NCBI RefSeq assembly: GCF_964204645.1
Contig: NC_134026.1
Span: 19,782,467 to 19,846,466 of the forward strand
DNA from: Tubulanus polymorphus
Lineage: Eukaryota > Animalia > Nemertea
Length of the DNA stretch: 64,000 nt
Reading direction: 5' to 3'
Shown: positions 25,877 through 36,895 of the stretch, in pieces
Layout of the letters: each line of letters begins with the position of its first letter
Position numbering within the stretch: position 1 is the first letter of the stretch
Translations under genes and position numbers: made by a program
Notes under the pieces: generated by a model
Database searches by the model: none
The model's input: only the letters and a program-made list of their open reading frames with translations
Told to the model about the DNA's origin: nothing

Positions 25877-26009
25877 CATCTCGGACACAGGCCAATAATG
25901 ATAATGCAGTTGCAATGAGGACCTTCCCATGATCTGATTCCAATCTGGCGAGAATATCTTGAAGCAGGCTGTGAACAGTTTGAGGCATCGATTTCAGCTT
26001 TTCACCGAT
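25877..26009 (-). CDS. TEP1: TEP1-like NACHT-associated helical exon
   Basis: IGEKLKSMPQTVHSLLQDILARLESDHGKVLIATALSLLACVRD. Acceptor atatttcacag| and donor G|gtaagc. Confidence 0.7.
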
Positions 26010-26218
26010 CTGTGAAATATCAAACAATTACATCATCACTGCATTCTTTCAATGTACGTGTTTTTTTTTCTAACACACCATTAAAATAGGTTATCCACTA
26101 AGACCAGATGATAGTTTGATAGATATTTAGTATTCAATCTGTACTTCTATTGAATAAAGCATTTGTCATTCATAAAAGATCTGGATTAAAGGCAGTTGAC
26201 AGTGTACTTTATTTTTAC

Positions 26219-26311
26219 CTTCTCGAAAACTCCAAAAACGCGTAGCTCTTCACACGCTAGACTCAAGTACAGCGGATGGTTGCCATCTTTTTTGGATGTT
26301 AGTGCTTTCAT
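26219..26311 (-). CDS. TEP1: TEP1-like NACHT-associated exon
   Basis: MKALTSKKDGNHPLYLSLACEELRVFGVFEK. Acceptor ctattttgcag| and donor AAG|gtaaaa. An in-frame stop lies just upstream, so the exon must start here. Confidence 0.6.
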
Positions 26312-26783
26312 CTGCAAAATAGGGAAACTTTAGGCAGGTTTTGATTTAGCGTATCCCGGATGAGGAATGGCAATTCCACATCTACCGGTCTTCTATCAGG
26401 TTTACAGATTATGCTATTTCTGAGTAAAAAGTATTTCTGGTCGAAACGAATGCACGGGAAGAGATTTCCAGAATCGGAGGAGACCAATCGAAACCGGTCG
26501 TATAAACATAACTGAAGTTTTGACACAGATGTTGATCCAGCACTGGGCGTGCAGGTACCGGATAGCGTCGGCAGTGCGATAAACTGTGTCCATTCGAGTG
26601 GAACTTACTATGTCGCTCAGTCATCCATAAAATTATAAAGATGTTAGTGGAATACTCCCATAAAATCGATCCTGGGCACAGCCATATTGCTTTTGATAAA
26701 ATCAGTTCGACATAGAAAACAGATCCATCGAAAGGATCAAACGAACACCAATCACAAATTTCAAAATCATTCACACTAAATAC

Positions 26784-26960
26784 CTGGTTATTGAAGGGCG
26801 ATTCGTCGAGCGTTTTCCTATGAATTGCAAGACGTTGGCGAACGATGTCGGCTTTTTCGAGCAGATTCAACGGCCCAATACCGACGCCGGTACACTTGCG
26901 GTAGGAGAGGTTTTTGTGACATGCGCCATGTTCGACCACCGATCCGACGACAAGAACATT
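26784..26960 (-). CDS. TEP1: TEP1-like NACHT exon (sensor-1 region); 3' boundary unresolved
   Basis: NVLVVGSVVEHGACHKNLSYRKCTGVGIGPLNLLEKADIVRQRLAIHRKTLDESPFNNQ, then a possible donor CAG|gtattt at 26783. The same reading frame stays open for 192 codons, down to 26409. Confidence 0.7.
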
Positions 26961-27391
26961 CTGTAAAGATGAATCGCCCCGAGACAACTAAATTTCCAAC
27001 GCATAATGGTCAGTCCGGGAAGAATTGCGATGAAAGGCCATCTCTAGCTGCCACATGGACACTGATTCACACCCACTGTCAGCACAAAAAGTTCCCCAAT
27101 CTAATGCACCCAACAATCACATGTCTCTTTGTTTGCGTAAATTCTAATCAGATACAGAATCATATGGGATGATTATCTCTTTTGACAAACAAAGGTCGTG
27201 CTGAAATTGCTTTCTTGTTTTAAAACATGATCGGCATATCAGCGTTTAACAATTAAAGTGATTTTGAGGTAACAAAACCAGTTTCTGACTTGTGGCAGGG
27301 GAAGTGTGGTGAATACAGCCATGGAGATCTTCAAATGTACAAATCTTCATTATGATTGCTTGAGTGGACCAGTATCCGACCTATAACTGAC

Positions 27392-27536
27392 CTGTATCAT
27401 AGGATTTGGCAGCCACATGAGAGATTTGGCGTCATGCGCATCGGTCAAATTGTCGAGTCCATCGAGAAACAGTATCAGTCTACAACCCACGCTGTGTGCC
27501 GTTTCTAACTGACTGTGGAATGTTTCAACGAGATTC
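27392..27536 (-). CDS. TEP1: TEP1-like NACHT exon with Walker B
   Basis: KNLVETFHSQLETAHSVGCRLILFLDGLDNLTDAHDAKSLMWLPNPMIQ. Acceptor ttcag| and donor CAG|gtcagt. Confidence 0.8.
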
Positions 27537-28171
27537 CTGAAATAGAAATAGTTTCAGTATATTTTGCGTAATATATATATTGATACAAAGAATAACGTGA
27601 TTATGATACGATACATGACAGTATGAGAATACATGTATAACGACAATCATCGTAGCAATAGATTACGCGAGGAATTAGGAAACGCCAAAGTTGGCTTAAT
27701 TTAATCCTAATCCTCATTCACCCTCATATGCACTCGTAACCAGACATCATAAGATACATACAAAATGGAAAAGCGAGTAACGGTGTCAACCAATAGTTGG
27801 ACGTTAAATGATATGTGAACGAGCGTTTGATAAATTCATCATCAGGGCTGTCAACATCAAAATAAGGACAAATGAAAGTTGCTCATACCATTAAGTGGAA
27901 TAAAGCATTATGAAGAATAAATGAAAAACTAATTTCCCTAGAAGTCGAACAACTAGAACATTCTCGTCCACAAGAAGATCTTCATATCGACATGTCTGTT
28001 TTTGAAGGCTATACATACCCGGTATTTCTATATAAATATCAAGCCCTTTTTTACTGCATCCCAAAGCCACACATAAATTTATTATGTTTTTGATAATTCA
28101 AACAAGAAATGCCAATTAGACATGGAAATCCAAGAAATTCCTTCTCTTATGTAGAACATGAAAAGTCTTAC

Positions 28172-28344
28172 TTGTATTCCTGAGGAAATACTGCGGAATC
28201 ATTGTGAAAGTTTTGGTACAGCATATGGCAAAGATGTCGCAATAGCACTACGATATTGTTCGAACCGGGAGTTCCACCGACGAAATGACTGATGATGAAC
28301 GTGTTGTGATGACGATTTTCGGCCATATTGTGAATGAGTTGAGC
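28172..28344 (-). CDS. TEP1: TEP1-like NACHT exon
   Basis: AQLIHNMAENRHHNTFIISHFVGGTPGSNNIVVLLRHLCHMLYQNFHNDSAVFPQEY. Acceptor ttctag| and donor AA|gtaaga. Confidence 0.75.
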
Positions 28345-28427
28345 CTAGAAATAAAATAATTTCAGATTCTATAATAGGTTCGAAGATAGAAACTCGCTAG
28401 CCTATAAAAAGAGGATCAAATACAAAC

Positions 28428-28610
28428 CATGAAGGCTGTTTTGCCCGAGCCGGATTTCCCATGTATAAGAAGCGTTCCAGTTTTCAGCTGACGAATGTGG
28501 TCGGAACACTGCTTTATCAGCGCTTCCCTACCGGTGAATAATTGCCTCTGCGATTCAGCGTAAGCTTCTTGTAACAGTCTTTGATGCAATTCTTCATCGA
28601 GTAAAGCATC
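28428..28610 (-). CDS. TEP1: TEP1-like NACHT exon with the Walker A P-loop
   Basis: DALLDEELHQRLLQEAYAESQRQLFTGREALIKQCSDHIRQLKTGTLLIHGKSGSGKTAFM. Donor ATG|gtttgt. Confidence 0.85.
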
Positions 28611-29072
28611 CTTAATTATGTGAACATGAAATTACACAAATAAGAGAACATGTTAATCAGTAGATATTGAATATTTTAAATTGCTGAACGTTGCTGAATT
28701 AATATCAAGGTTGGCCATTCATTAATCCTGAGTTTGAGCCTGGTGGTAGCTTTCCCATTTTGTCTCACCCCCAACAGTTAGCAACGAGACCATTTCGACA
28801 TTGCTCTGGCAAGTGATACCGATTGATTTTCATCTTTTTGAACATTCATTTATATCTGGCTTCATAATCAGTCGTGAATCTATTCTTAATATATCATGAA
28901 CAGATTCAATCATGACTGGTCAGTGGTAGACTGATATTAAGTTTATAACATTGGATATTGAGTTTCGTCAAATGTTTAGAACTGTCAGAAAACAAATGGT
29001 AAAATCATCAACAGTGGGTTTTATTATATCCAATCATTTTTATGCACTGGCATATTGTATGTTTTTCTATAC

Positions 29073-29196
29073 CTTTTCGTCGGGGTAGTATTTCAAAATG
29101 GCATTCCACAAGTTGTTCAAAGCTCTTCTGCCGAATTCCTCCAAACCAGCTGTAATCGGTTTTCCATCAACGACACCTCCCCATTGACAGGGATAA
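29073..29196 (-). CDS. TEP1: TEP1-like pre-NACHT exon
   Basis: GYPCQWGGVVDGKPITAGLEEFGRRALNNLWNAILKYYPDEK. Acceptor ttgtttag| and donor AAG|gtatag. Confidence 0.65.
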
Positions 29197-29315
29197 CTAA
29201 ACAATACAAACCTAGTTTTCAAATTCATTCCACTCAAATGACTGGCATTTTGAAAAAGTCTGAACTATTTTCTCTTTCATTAAATTGAAGTGATAAAGTT
29301 ACTGATGGTTCTTAC

Positions 29316-29429
29316 CCGTCGAAGCATTCGATACCACTTGATTTTATTCTCGATTTCAGTAGCAACATTTTCTTCTCGCTTCGTTTGTTCTCCGCAACGA
29401 AGTCTTTCCTCCTTTCTTTCGGAACGTCG
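29316..29429 (-). CDS. TEP1: TEP1-like linker exon
   Basis: SDVPKERRKDFVAENKRSEKKMLLLKSRIKSSGIECFD. Acceptor ttggctttttcag| and donor GG|gtaaga. Phases match both flanking exons. Confidence 0.65.
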
Positions 29430-29599
29430 CTGAAAAAGCCAAAATAATATTCACGAATATCAATCAGGAAGATTGGGGTAGATTTATTAACCTTTTCACT
29501 ACAGTGCGGTGTAGCCATCTGATCTAAATCAAAAATTAAAGATGGCAGCACCTGTCAAATGTTGTGAAATATAATCAACTAATGAAACACTGTACCATG

Positions 29600-29917
29600 C
29601 ATCCTCTCCGGCAGGGATTTGAACCTGTTGGCATCGCTACACCCAGTCATGGCACAAAACCCTGCCACAATAGCCTGAGTGTGCAGATACATGTGCAGGT
29701 TTGGGGCACAAAAACTATCGGCACCAATCAGATTACCAGTTGTGTAATGGCTGGGGCAAATCTCACCAGTAAACTATAAAACCCAGGGCTCTGTAATTGG
29801 CTAATAATGACACAATCTAAGCAGCACATATAACCACGTACTCAGGCTAATCAAACAGGGTTTCGCACCATGGGGAGTCTCTATGTCATCAAGTTCGAAT
29901 CCCTGTCAAGGTAGACG
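29600..29917. mobile_element. older copy of MITE family D in a TEP1 intron
   Basis: catcctctccggcagggatttgaacctgttggcatc ... atgtcatcaagttcgaatccctgtcaaggtagacg. No clear target-site duplication. Confidence 0.65.
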
Positions 29918-30548
29918 CAATATAGAGGTCTTTCAGCCATGTGCTTTTTCGACGCGACTACGCGCAATATCGGTTGGCAAACACGATATGTGATTAACAT
30001 GACAGTCCCGAGACTCGAAGTTATGTATGGCAAGTATCCAGCACTGGTTGGGCAAACAAACTATGATGTCACGTGCAAGACTCTACAGTGGTAATGTTAG
30101 AATAGTCTGCAGCAATATACGGTAGGAAACTGTCAGTAGTGAAATGGTTAATACCTGTTTCAAACAAAACCGCCTCATCTAGATAACTATATAAATTGGT
30201 TAGAGGTATTTTGGAGGACACATCACGGTTATTGGGGTGGGGTGTTTCATGTTGATGTGGCAACTTTTATGGTCGTAAATAACCGCAGGAAGGTTTTTCG
30301 CATAGTTTAAAATGTGAATAAATTACAAGGAGGCATTAGATTTAGTAAAAGGAAATCATAACAAAATGAAACACAAAACATCATCAGCCATTTTGGAAGT
30401 CATCTCCCACTGTGAGAAAATTAGTTAACTATAGCTATTGGCAATTCAATGAAGAAGTTTATGAACTATTTTTCTGATTACTGTAACGCTGATACATTTA
30501 TGTCTTCCCATCAACCAACCTGTTGAAGACAGGTATCCTGCTAGTTAC

Positions 30549-30791
30549 CTCATAAATGAATTGTCTCGAAGGAAGAAAAATGCGCGTTCTCGAGTTTCAT
30601 CTGGTTTTGCCAGCGCTCCGTAGACCATTTCTAACTCGGTCAAGGACGCTCCTTTGGGATGACATTTCAGCCAATCGAATTCTGACGAGTCGGGTATGAC
30701 GTAGTCATCGGGAACCCATCCGTATCGGTCACCGAGAAGACCGATGAAAAACTGACATTTATTCACTTCACTCAAACATAGTTCCAGTGTC
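30549..30791 (-). CDS. TEP1: TEP1-like DUF4062 exon (second half), after a 7.7 kb intron
   Basis: KTLELCLSEVNKCQFFIGLLGDRYGWVPDDYVIPDSSEFDWLKCHPKGASLTELEMVYGAL... Acceptor ttttttgcttgtag| and donor AG|gtaact. The split codon AA+G completes K. Confidence 0.85.
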
Positions 30792-31626
30792 CTACAAGCA
30801 AAAAAAAGCAGTGTTATTTATGATTTATGGTATAAGGCTAAAAAAATCGATACAGTTTCTCATTTGTGCTGATGTTGAAAGTTGAGTTGACCGGTCACCT
30901 ATCTACCATGTACGGGTACATCAATTTTTTTTTCAATCATGATCAAGCTAACCAAGACCCAGGAGCTATAGAAATGAACTGATTAATCAACTTATCACAG
31001 TTAACAAAGTGACCCGGCCAATTAGGAGAAACACGTTATCATTCCTTAGTCTAACGGATACCAGGCTTGTAGCCGAGCGGTCACTTATTCATGCCCCTTA
31101 AACCTTTCTTTCTGTTCAACAATGCACTTGATTCATGCAGTCAAATTCCTCGATATACCACCCACATCGGTGATCAAAATAGAGAGGTTCCGTTAGGCAG
31201 GGGTTGCGGTACACCAGGTACACCAGGCTGTATATGCTAATCATTCATGAAATACAAACGAAAATACACATATCTTTTTCTAAGTTTAAAATCTCACAGC
31301 ACTGCTATAGACTCTAATTGAAAATGATATATTGCTAGTAGATAATTTGATGATGCTGATAAAGAATTTAGGACAGGCCATCTTAGATGGCAGCGTCTAT
31401 CAATAATGTTGTTTTCAGTTAATGGGAGTCCTGTCCACAATAAAACATTTAGAAGAGAGGTACAGAATTCTGTATCAACGTTGCTCCAAACATACCAGTA
31501 CTCATTTATTCAAGAATGTTTCATCTTTTACTGAAAATTTTGTGGGATTATACACATTTTGTAATCACAATCAATTGCAAATTTTGTGGCTAATGACATG
31601 TTCTTAAATTGTAGTTTCAAAATCAA

Positions 31627-31852
31627 ATATAGCTGCAAAGCAGCGATAATGGGTTTTCGGCCTAGCAGCATCATTAATATGTAAGTATATGAAAATTTAA
31701 ATGAAAAAATTGTTTATTGTCGGGGTTTCGAACCCGACATGACTGGTACAACTATATCAATATGTCATATATCACGGTAAGACCTTACAAATTATTTTTG
31801 ATATGACTTGAGTTTAAACAAGCACTATGAGACTATTCAATACAAGCCATAG
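31627..31852 (+). repeat. second full copy of repeat family B, abutting a family-C copy
   Basis: Alignable to 5155..5392 along its whole length. Confidence 0.65.
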
Positions 31853-32190
31853 GCAGCAACTGTTTTCGGGCTCAGGCTCAAACGCAAACTCCAAGATTAC
31901 CATGCATTAGTTCCCATTGCATTTTGGATATGTTGTGACCAAAAGCTAAATTTCAATATAAATTTTTGAATTTCGACCCTGTTTCTGAGGTCATCTTCAA
32001 GGTCAGTTTTTAATGCCTAGTTCTGCCACTAGGTTGCACACTGGGCCTATTCATTGTACTGCACAACTAGAACCCTTTACTAACATTGTGCCCAAGTTTC
32101 ATCAAGACCGACCAAATATCAACAAAGCTAAATACCGGTAGCTGACACGTATACGCATAAGTCAAGCTACAGGACAGAACACGGAAAATT
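31853..32190 (+). repeat. repeat family C (about 350 bp, SINE-like with a CAGA-rich tail)
   Basis: Homologous to 23962..24312 and 38815..39060. Shared blocks are ctcaggctc, ccatgcgttag, cattttggatatgtt, tgcactgggcc and a cacagacagaca tail. Confidence 0.65.
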
Positions 32191-33061
32191 CAGTTATATC
32201 ATCGTTTTGCATAAGGCTATTTCTAACAAGCCATGGTTTTAAACTATATAGGCATTCTTGAAGTTGAACATTTAAACTTTTAACCCCCGTGTCAGTGGAT
32301 TAATTTTTAACAATGTACCACTCAGACCCCGATTAATTTCTCATGATTGCAGTATCAATAGCAGTCACTTTCACACAGCTTGTCATTTGTCTCGTGCTAA
32401 AATTCGGCCCGGGGCACACAGACCAACCATTTGGCACCAGTGTGAACAGTTGTTCTGGGCCAAAAATGCTTGTGTAATCGCACCTATAATCATATATCCT
32501 GCACGTTTTCTCCACCATTGAGAACTCCGATTCTTGATTGTCGACACTTCATATGGGTTCAGAGTAATCGATTTACGACACAAACACCAGACATTACATC
32601 TTCTATCAGCACACTTTCAGAACGTGATCGGTCGGATCTAATGTTGGTGAATGTCTCTAGGGGCGCTGTATTACTGCCTAATTTCACAGCGGAGAACTTA
32701 AGAATCCTGGATGTCGGATAATGAAAGATCGACACTAAGAAAGCGATCACTTTTGTTACATAACATTTAAACATTTATTCGTTTTTCTGCCTTAATTCTT
32801 ACATCGAGTAGATTTAAATGAGGTTTATACATACACATTGAAATGTTCAATGTTTGTTTGTAGCTTAAACGTTTTTCTCGACGAATCCAAAAGGAATAAT
32901 ACTTCATAAGCCAGTTGCAGATGTACGGGGCAGTCACGTGACAACGACGATGATGTAATATCGGTGGGCCAACACAAAAGAGTCATTTACACGCAGAAAT
33001 GCCAGCATATTCATTTTAGTTGTTATGTTTGGCGAGTATTGACGGTCAATCGAGCTATTTC

Positions 33062-34171
33062 TCAAGCTTCGGTAGCGTTAAGTGCGGGTGTCGGTGATAC
33101 CGGTGTCTCTTCGGACTTTTTTGTTTTATCATTCATTCGATCTCTCAATCGGTTGTCGCTAAGAGCGCCATCTGTCGACCGAAATTGAAACTTCACGACA
33201 AACACTTCCCTTACCTTTTGACTGGTCAATGCGTAAATGAGAAAATTAACCGAATAGCTCATCTCCCATAGAATGATGGGCATTGTACCGCACGCAAACT
33301 TCAATACTTGCTGTAAGCGTGGGAGCGCGGCTATTAGAGTGACAGCAACGATGGTAGGGAATAGTAGTACGAGAAAAACGAGCATGACGAAGAGCATGAG
33401 ACGAGTGACCTTGTAATTGGTCAGCCTGATCGCTGCCATCGGTGTTCTAGCACTGCGCCTACTCAGAACCGCGATGATGCTAACGCAACAGACTGTTATG
33501 ATGATGAAAGGCAGGTAGCCGATCATCAGAATTCCGAGAACGTTCGAGTCATAACGCCGACTGGGCATTCTACAGCCAGCGCCGTCGTTCATCCACGGCC
33601 GCAGCGACGCATCGATCGACATGACACACAGCACGCCGAGAACCGTGCAACAGGTGGCAGCACACGCCGATCGACGGCGACATAAACGTCGAGCTGACAT
33701 CGGGAAACAGACGACGATGAAACGCTCGACGCTGATCAACGTTACCAACCAACTGCTCAACGCGGCAAAATAAAAACTTGTGTATTTCATTACGGTTTTC
33801 GTCAAGCCGCCGCTGACCGCGATCACCAATGGTCCGCCGGAGAGCGCGCCAACAAAATTGATCCAGAAAATACCGTGCAGAATCAAATTACAGCCGTCGC
33901 TGACGGCTAAAGCCGCCAGGTACACGGCGAACGAGCGCTCGCGCATTTTCGTCATTGCCATAACAACGAACGATATGATGTTCGACATCAGACCGAAGAT
34001 CATGAAGACCGAAGTGAAAACGATTTGTACCCATTTTATCCATGGGTTCAGCGTGTTCACCAAATCCACTGGATAGACGAAATAAAAGTAGCAGTACGCT
34101 CCTTCGAGGAGATCACTTTCATTCGCGGAATTCGAAGTCAAATTCATCGTTTTTGCATTGTATATATTCAT
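33062..34171 (-). CDS. intronless class-A GPCR, 369 aa, nested in a TEP1 intron on the same strand
   Basis: 7TM ORF with ERF (ISVERFIVV) after TM3, NFLIY in TM7 and LFPT in TM6. These are the same non-canonical motif variants seen in the 5' GPCR pair. N-terminal N-glycosylation sites are present. Confidence 0.75.
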   Translation of the reverse strand: MNIYNAKTMNLTSNSANESDLLEGAYCYFYFVYPVDLVNTLNPWIKWVQIVFTSVFMIFGLMSNIISFVVMAMTKMRERSFAVYLAALAVSDGCNLILHGIFWINFVGALSGGPLVIAVSGGLTKTVMKYTSFYFAALSSWLVTLISVERFIVVCFPMSARRLCRRRSACAATCCTVLGVLCVMSIDASLRPWMNDGAGCRMPSRRYDSNVLGILMIGYLPFIIITVCCVSIIAVLSRRSARTPMAAIRLTNYKVTRLMLFVMLVFLVLLFPTIVAVTLIAALPRLQQVLKFACGTMPIILWEMSYSVNFLIYALTSQKVREVFVVKFQFRSTDGALSDNRLRDRMNDKTKKSEETPVSPTPALNATEA

Positions 34172-35014
34172 ACATTTCCACTAAAAAATATCAATGTTTA
34201 GGTTACAAGCTTAAGTCCACTGTCTTGTACGCGCACGAGAAACTCTCTATAATGGTGTTGACCTTCCTGTACGAGCGCCGAGTTTGTGCATTGTAAAAAA
34301 ATCCCCTTCGTAAATCATCAGTAGTATCTCGCATTTTTATCAGTAGTATCTCGGACTTCTTAAACTTAAGAAATCCGTGCGAGTTTGTGGTGAGCAATCG
34401 TCATATCATCAAAAACGTTGTATATTTCTAGGACCAGTTGCACAGTCGCCACTTCAGTCCAAAAAATGTTCTTATATCTTTAGACTGGTCTCACTGTTGA
34501 TGGATCGGTTATAGAACTAACATGGTCTTAAGCCTTGGTTTTAGAAGCTTGTTTACGCGCTGTCGTGATGTGTTAATGAACTTAAGCCTAAGAAGCCAAA
34601 GATGTCACGTAAGCCTAGGGGTTAAAAATAATCAATTAACACATCGTTACGCCGTTGTCATGACAAATAAGCTTATTTTCAAGACCCTTTTGTATTCCTC
34701 TGGGGCCGGTTCCAAATTCGAGACTTAGTCCAAAAGTGGGCTAAAGTCTTAAGATTGGTCTTAAGTTGTTAGATTGGCTATAGAAGTAATATGGTGTCAG
34801 ACTGGTCTTACGTCTAAGCGGTGAATATGGAACTGGCATCTGGATTATCATTACTATTCATATTCCATTTTTCAAAAGTTTTCAGGCTCTGGAAATATTT
34901 ATCCTATTCATATTTAGGATCATATTACCACTTTCCCGATCGCTTTCCTCCGGAATAGTATAAATTCTTCCCCTTTCCAAGTAGATAATCCCAACAGTCA
35001 CTAAAAGCCTCAAC

Positions 35015-35047
<33 letters not shown>

Positions 35048-35868
35048 CATTATATAAAACTTAAGCCTAGCGCACATCGACACTGCGATTGGAGACAACT
35101 AGTTGCTACCGAACGATTACCCCGCGCACATCGAAATCTAGTTACAATCGGTCAGTTGCAGCAACTGCATGGGGCGTGTCGATCGTCGAGATCCAGAGCG
35201 CGCACATCGACGGATATGACTGCGATTGAGTACAACCAGTTGCTCAAAAGTAGAACATGGGCAACTGGCTGGAACTGGAGATAGATCGACGCTTGCCAAT
35301 CGTAAGCTTGCTCACATCGACACATTCAAGCAACTGATCGTATCCAGCCAGTTGCTCTCATGCGCCGAAAACTGCCTTGCGACTAGTTGTCTCCAATCGC
35401 AGTGTCGATGTGCGCTAGGCTTTATACAGCACCTCATTCCAAATGGCTCTAAGGTGCTTTACAGAAGACGCTTTATAGACTATAAAAGAGACAATATAAA
35501 ACATGCCACAAAATATAGCGCCAAATAAAATTCAATGTACAACATTGGTAACATAAAAGTTAGGCAAAACATTTTCTAAAAATATTAGTCTTCAATTAAG
35601 ATTTATAAGCATTTAATCAGCCTGCCTGCTTTATATCAATAGGCAGCGAATTCCTCAGATTAGGTACAACTCGTGCAAAAGAACACTTGCCAAAGCTCTT
35701 GGTTTTTTAACACCGGACATTCCACGCTCGCCCTCGCAGTAATCATTATGAAACTGAATTTGACTAGCTGATCTGAGGAATCGACATGGTGTATAAACCG
35801 AGATGAAATTGCCGATATAAATGGGGGATAGTACGATAACCACACTCAAACGCAGTGAACGGATAATA

Positions 35869-35990
35869 GGATAAAAACCCACTATGTACAATTGAAAGAA
35901 TTCAAAATCGAGAATTTATTTCTAAAAACACGACGTTTCGATCTCACACTAGAGATCATTGTCAGGTGTGAGATTATCACTAAAACGGAG

Positions 35991-36065
<75 letters not shown>

Positions 36066-36066
36066 T

Positions 36067-36098
<32 letters not shown>

Positions 36099-36169
36099 GT
36101 TTTTTTACATTTTAGAAATAAATTCTCGATTTTAAATTCCTTTAATAGTACATAGTGGGTTTTTATCCT
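35869..36169. mobile_element. MITE with about 100-bp terminal inverted repeats flanking a (TA)n microsatellite (35996..36092)
   Basis: aggataaaaacccactatgtacaattgaaagaattcaaaatcgagaatttatttc ... reverse complement at 36100..36169. Flanked by aatagg on both sides. A half copy lies at 52365..52470. Confidence 0.7.
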
Positions 36170-36640
36170 AAATAGGGGATTCTCCATAGCAATAGTTTGT
36201 ACTGGATTTACGGATTTGATATGAGTGCTATTTAAGATAGGAAACCTGTAATAGGATTTACGTTCCATTGTAATTATTGCCGCACACAGAATATTGAACA
36301 TGTGGAAGTTGACCCGAGGTCAGACCCCGGGTCAGACGTAATGATAGTAAAGAATTTGAGAGATAACAGTAGCTTGATTAATTGCCCTTTACGCATCACG
36401 GGCATTTAAACAATAAGGAATCTTTTGACGTGGTCGGGTTATAGCAACAGGTTAGAAATTTCAGCTAGATCAAATCTTCATCAATGGATGAAATTTGATT
36501 GAATTTTACTCGCAGATAAATAGACCAGATTCTACTAATCAGTTCGAAATAAATTGTAAGCCAATCCCAGTTCCAATGATAGTGAGTCAATTTAAAAATC
36601 AAAGACCATCAACATCACCATAGACACTGATAATTTATGC

Positions 36641-36895
36641 CCATGGTTCCCACAGTAAGATGAATTAGAAATTCGCAGGTTTTCCCACATATTTCAAGGG
36701 TCATTTTTTAATAAAGGTGATTCCCAAGGGAAATCACTGAACAAAGTTGCCCTTGGCAAATGCAATACATGAAATATAAATGAATTTCCCAAATTTGAGG
36801 AAAATTTTTCAAATTCCCAAATATTTCCAAACTGGGAATTATTGCTTCGAATTTCCCGAGTTTTTCCCAATTCACCTGTACTGTGGGAGCCATGT
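36641..36895. mobile_element. MITE-like element with 16-bp terminal inverted repeats and six internal TTCCCAA motifs
   Basis: catggttcccacagta ... tactgtgggagccatg. The interior is gattcccaaggg, atttcccaaatt, aattcccaaata, ttccaaactgggaatt, atttcccgag, tttcccaattc. Confidence 0.45.

Noticed and set aside
33570-34076. Plus-strand ORFs 33570..33752 and 33780..34076
   Set aside because: Antisense to the 369-aa GPCR ORF. No homology or signals.
35882-36301. 139-aa and 87-aa ORFs containing (IY)n runs
   Set aside because: They run through the (TA)n microsatellite and MITE. The YIYIYI translation is a repeat artefact.
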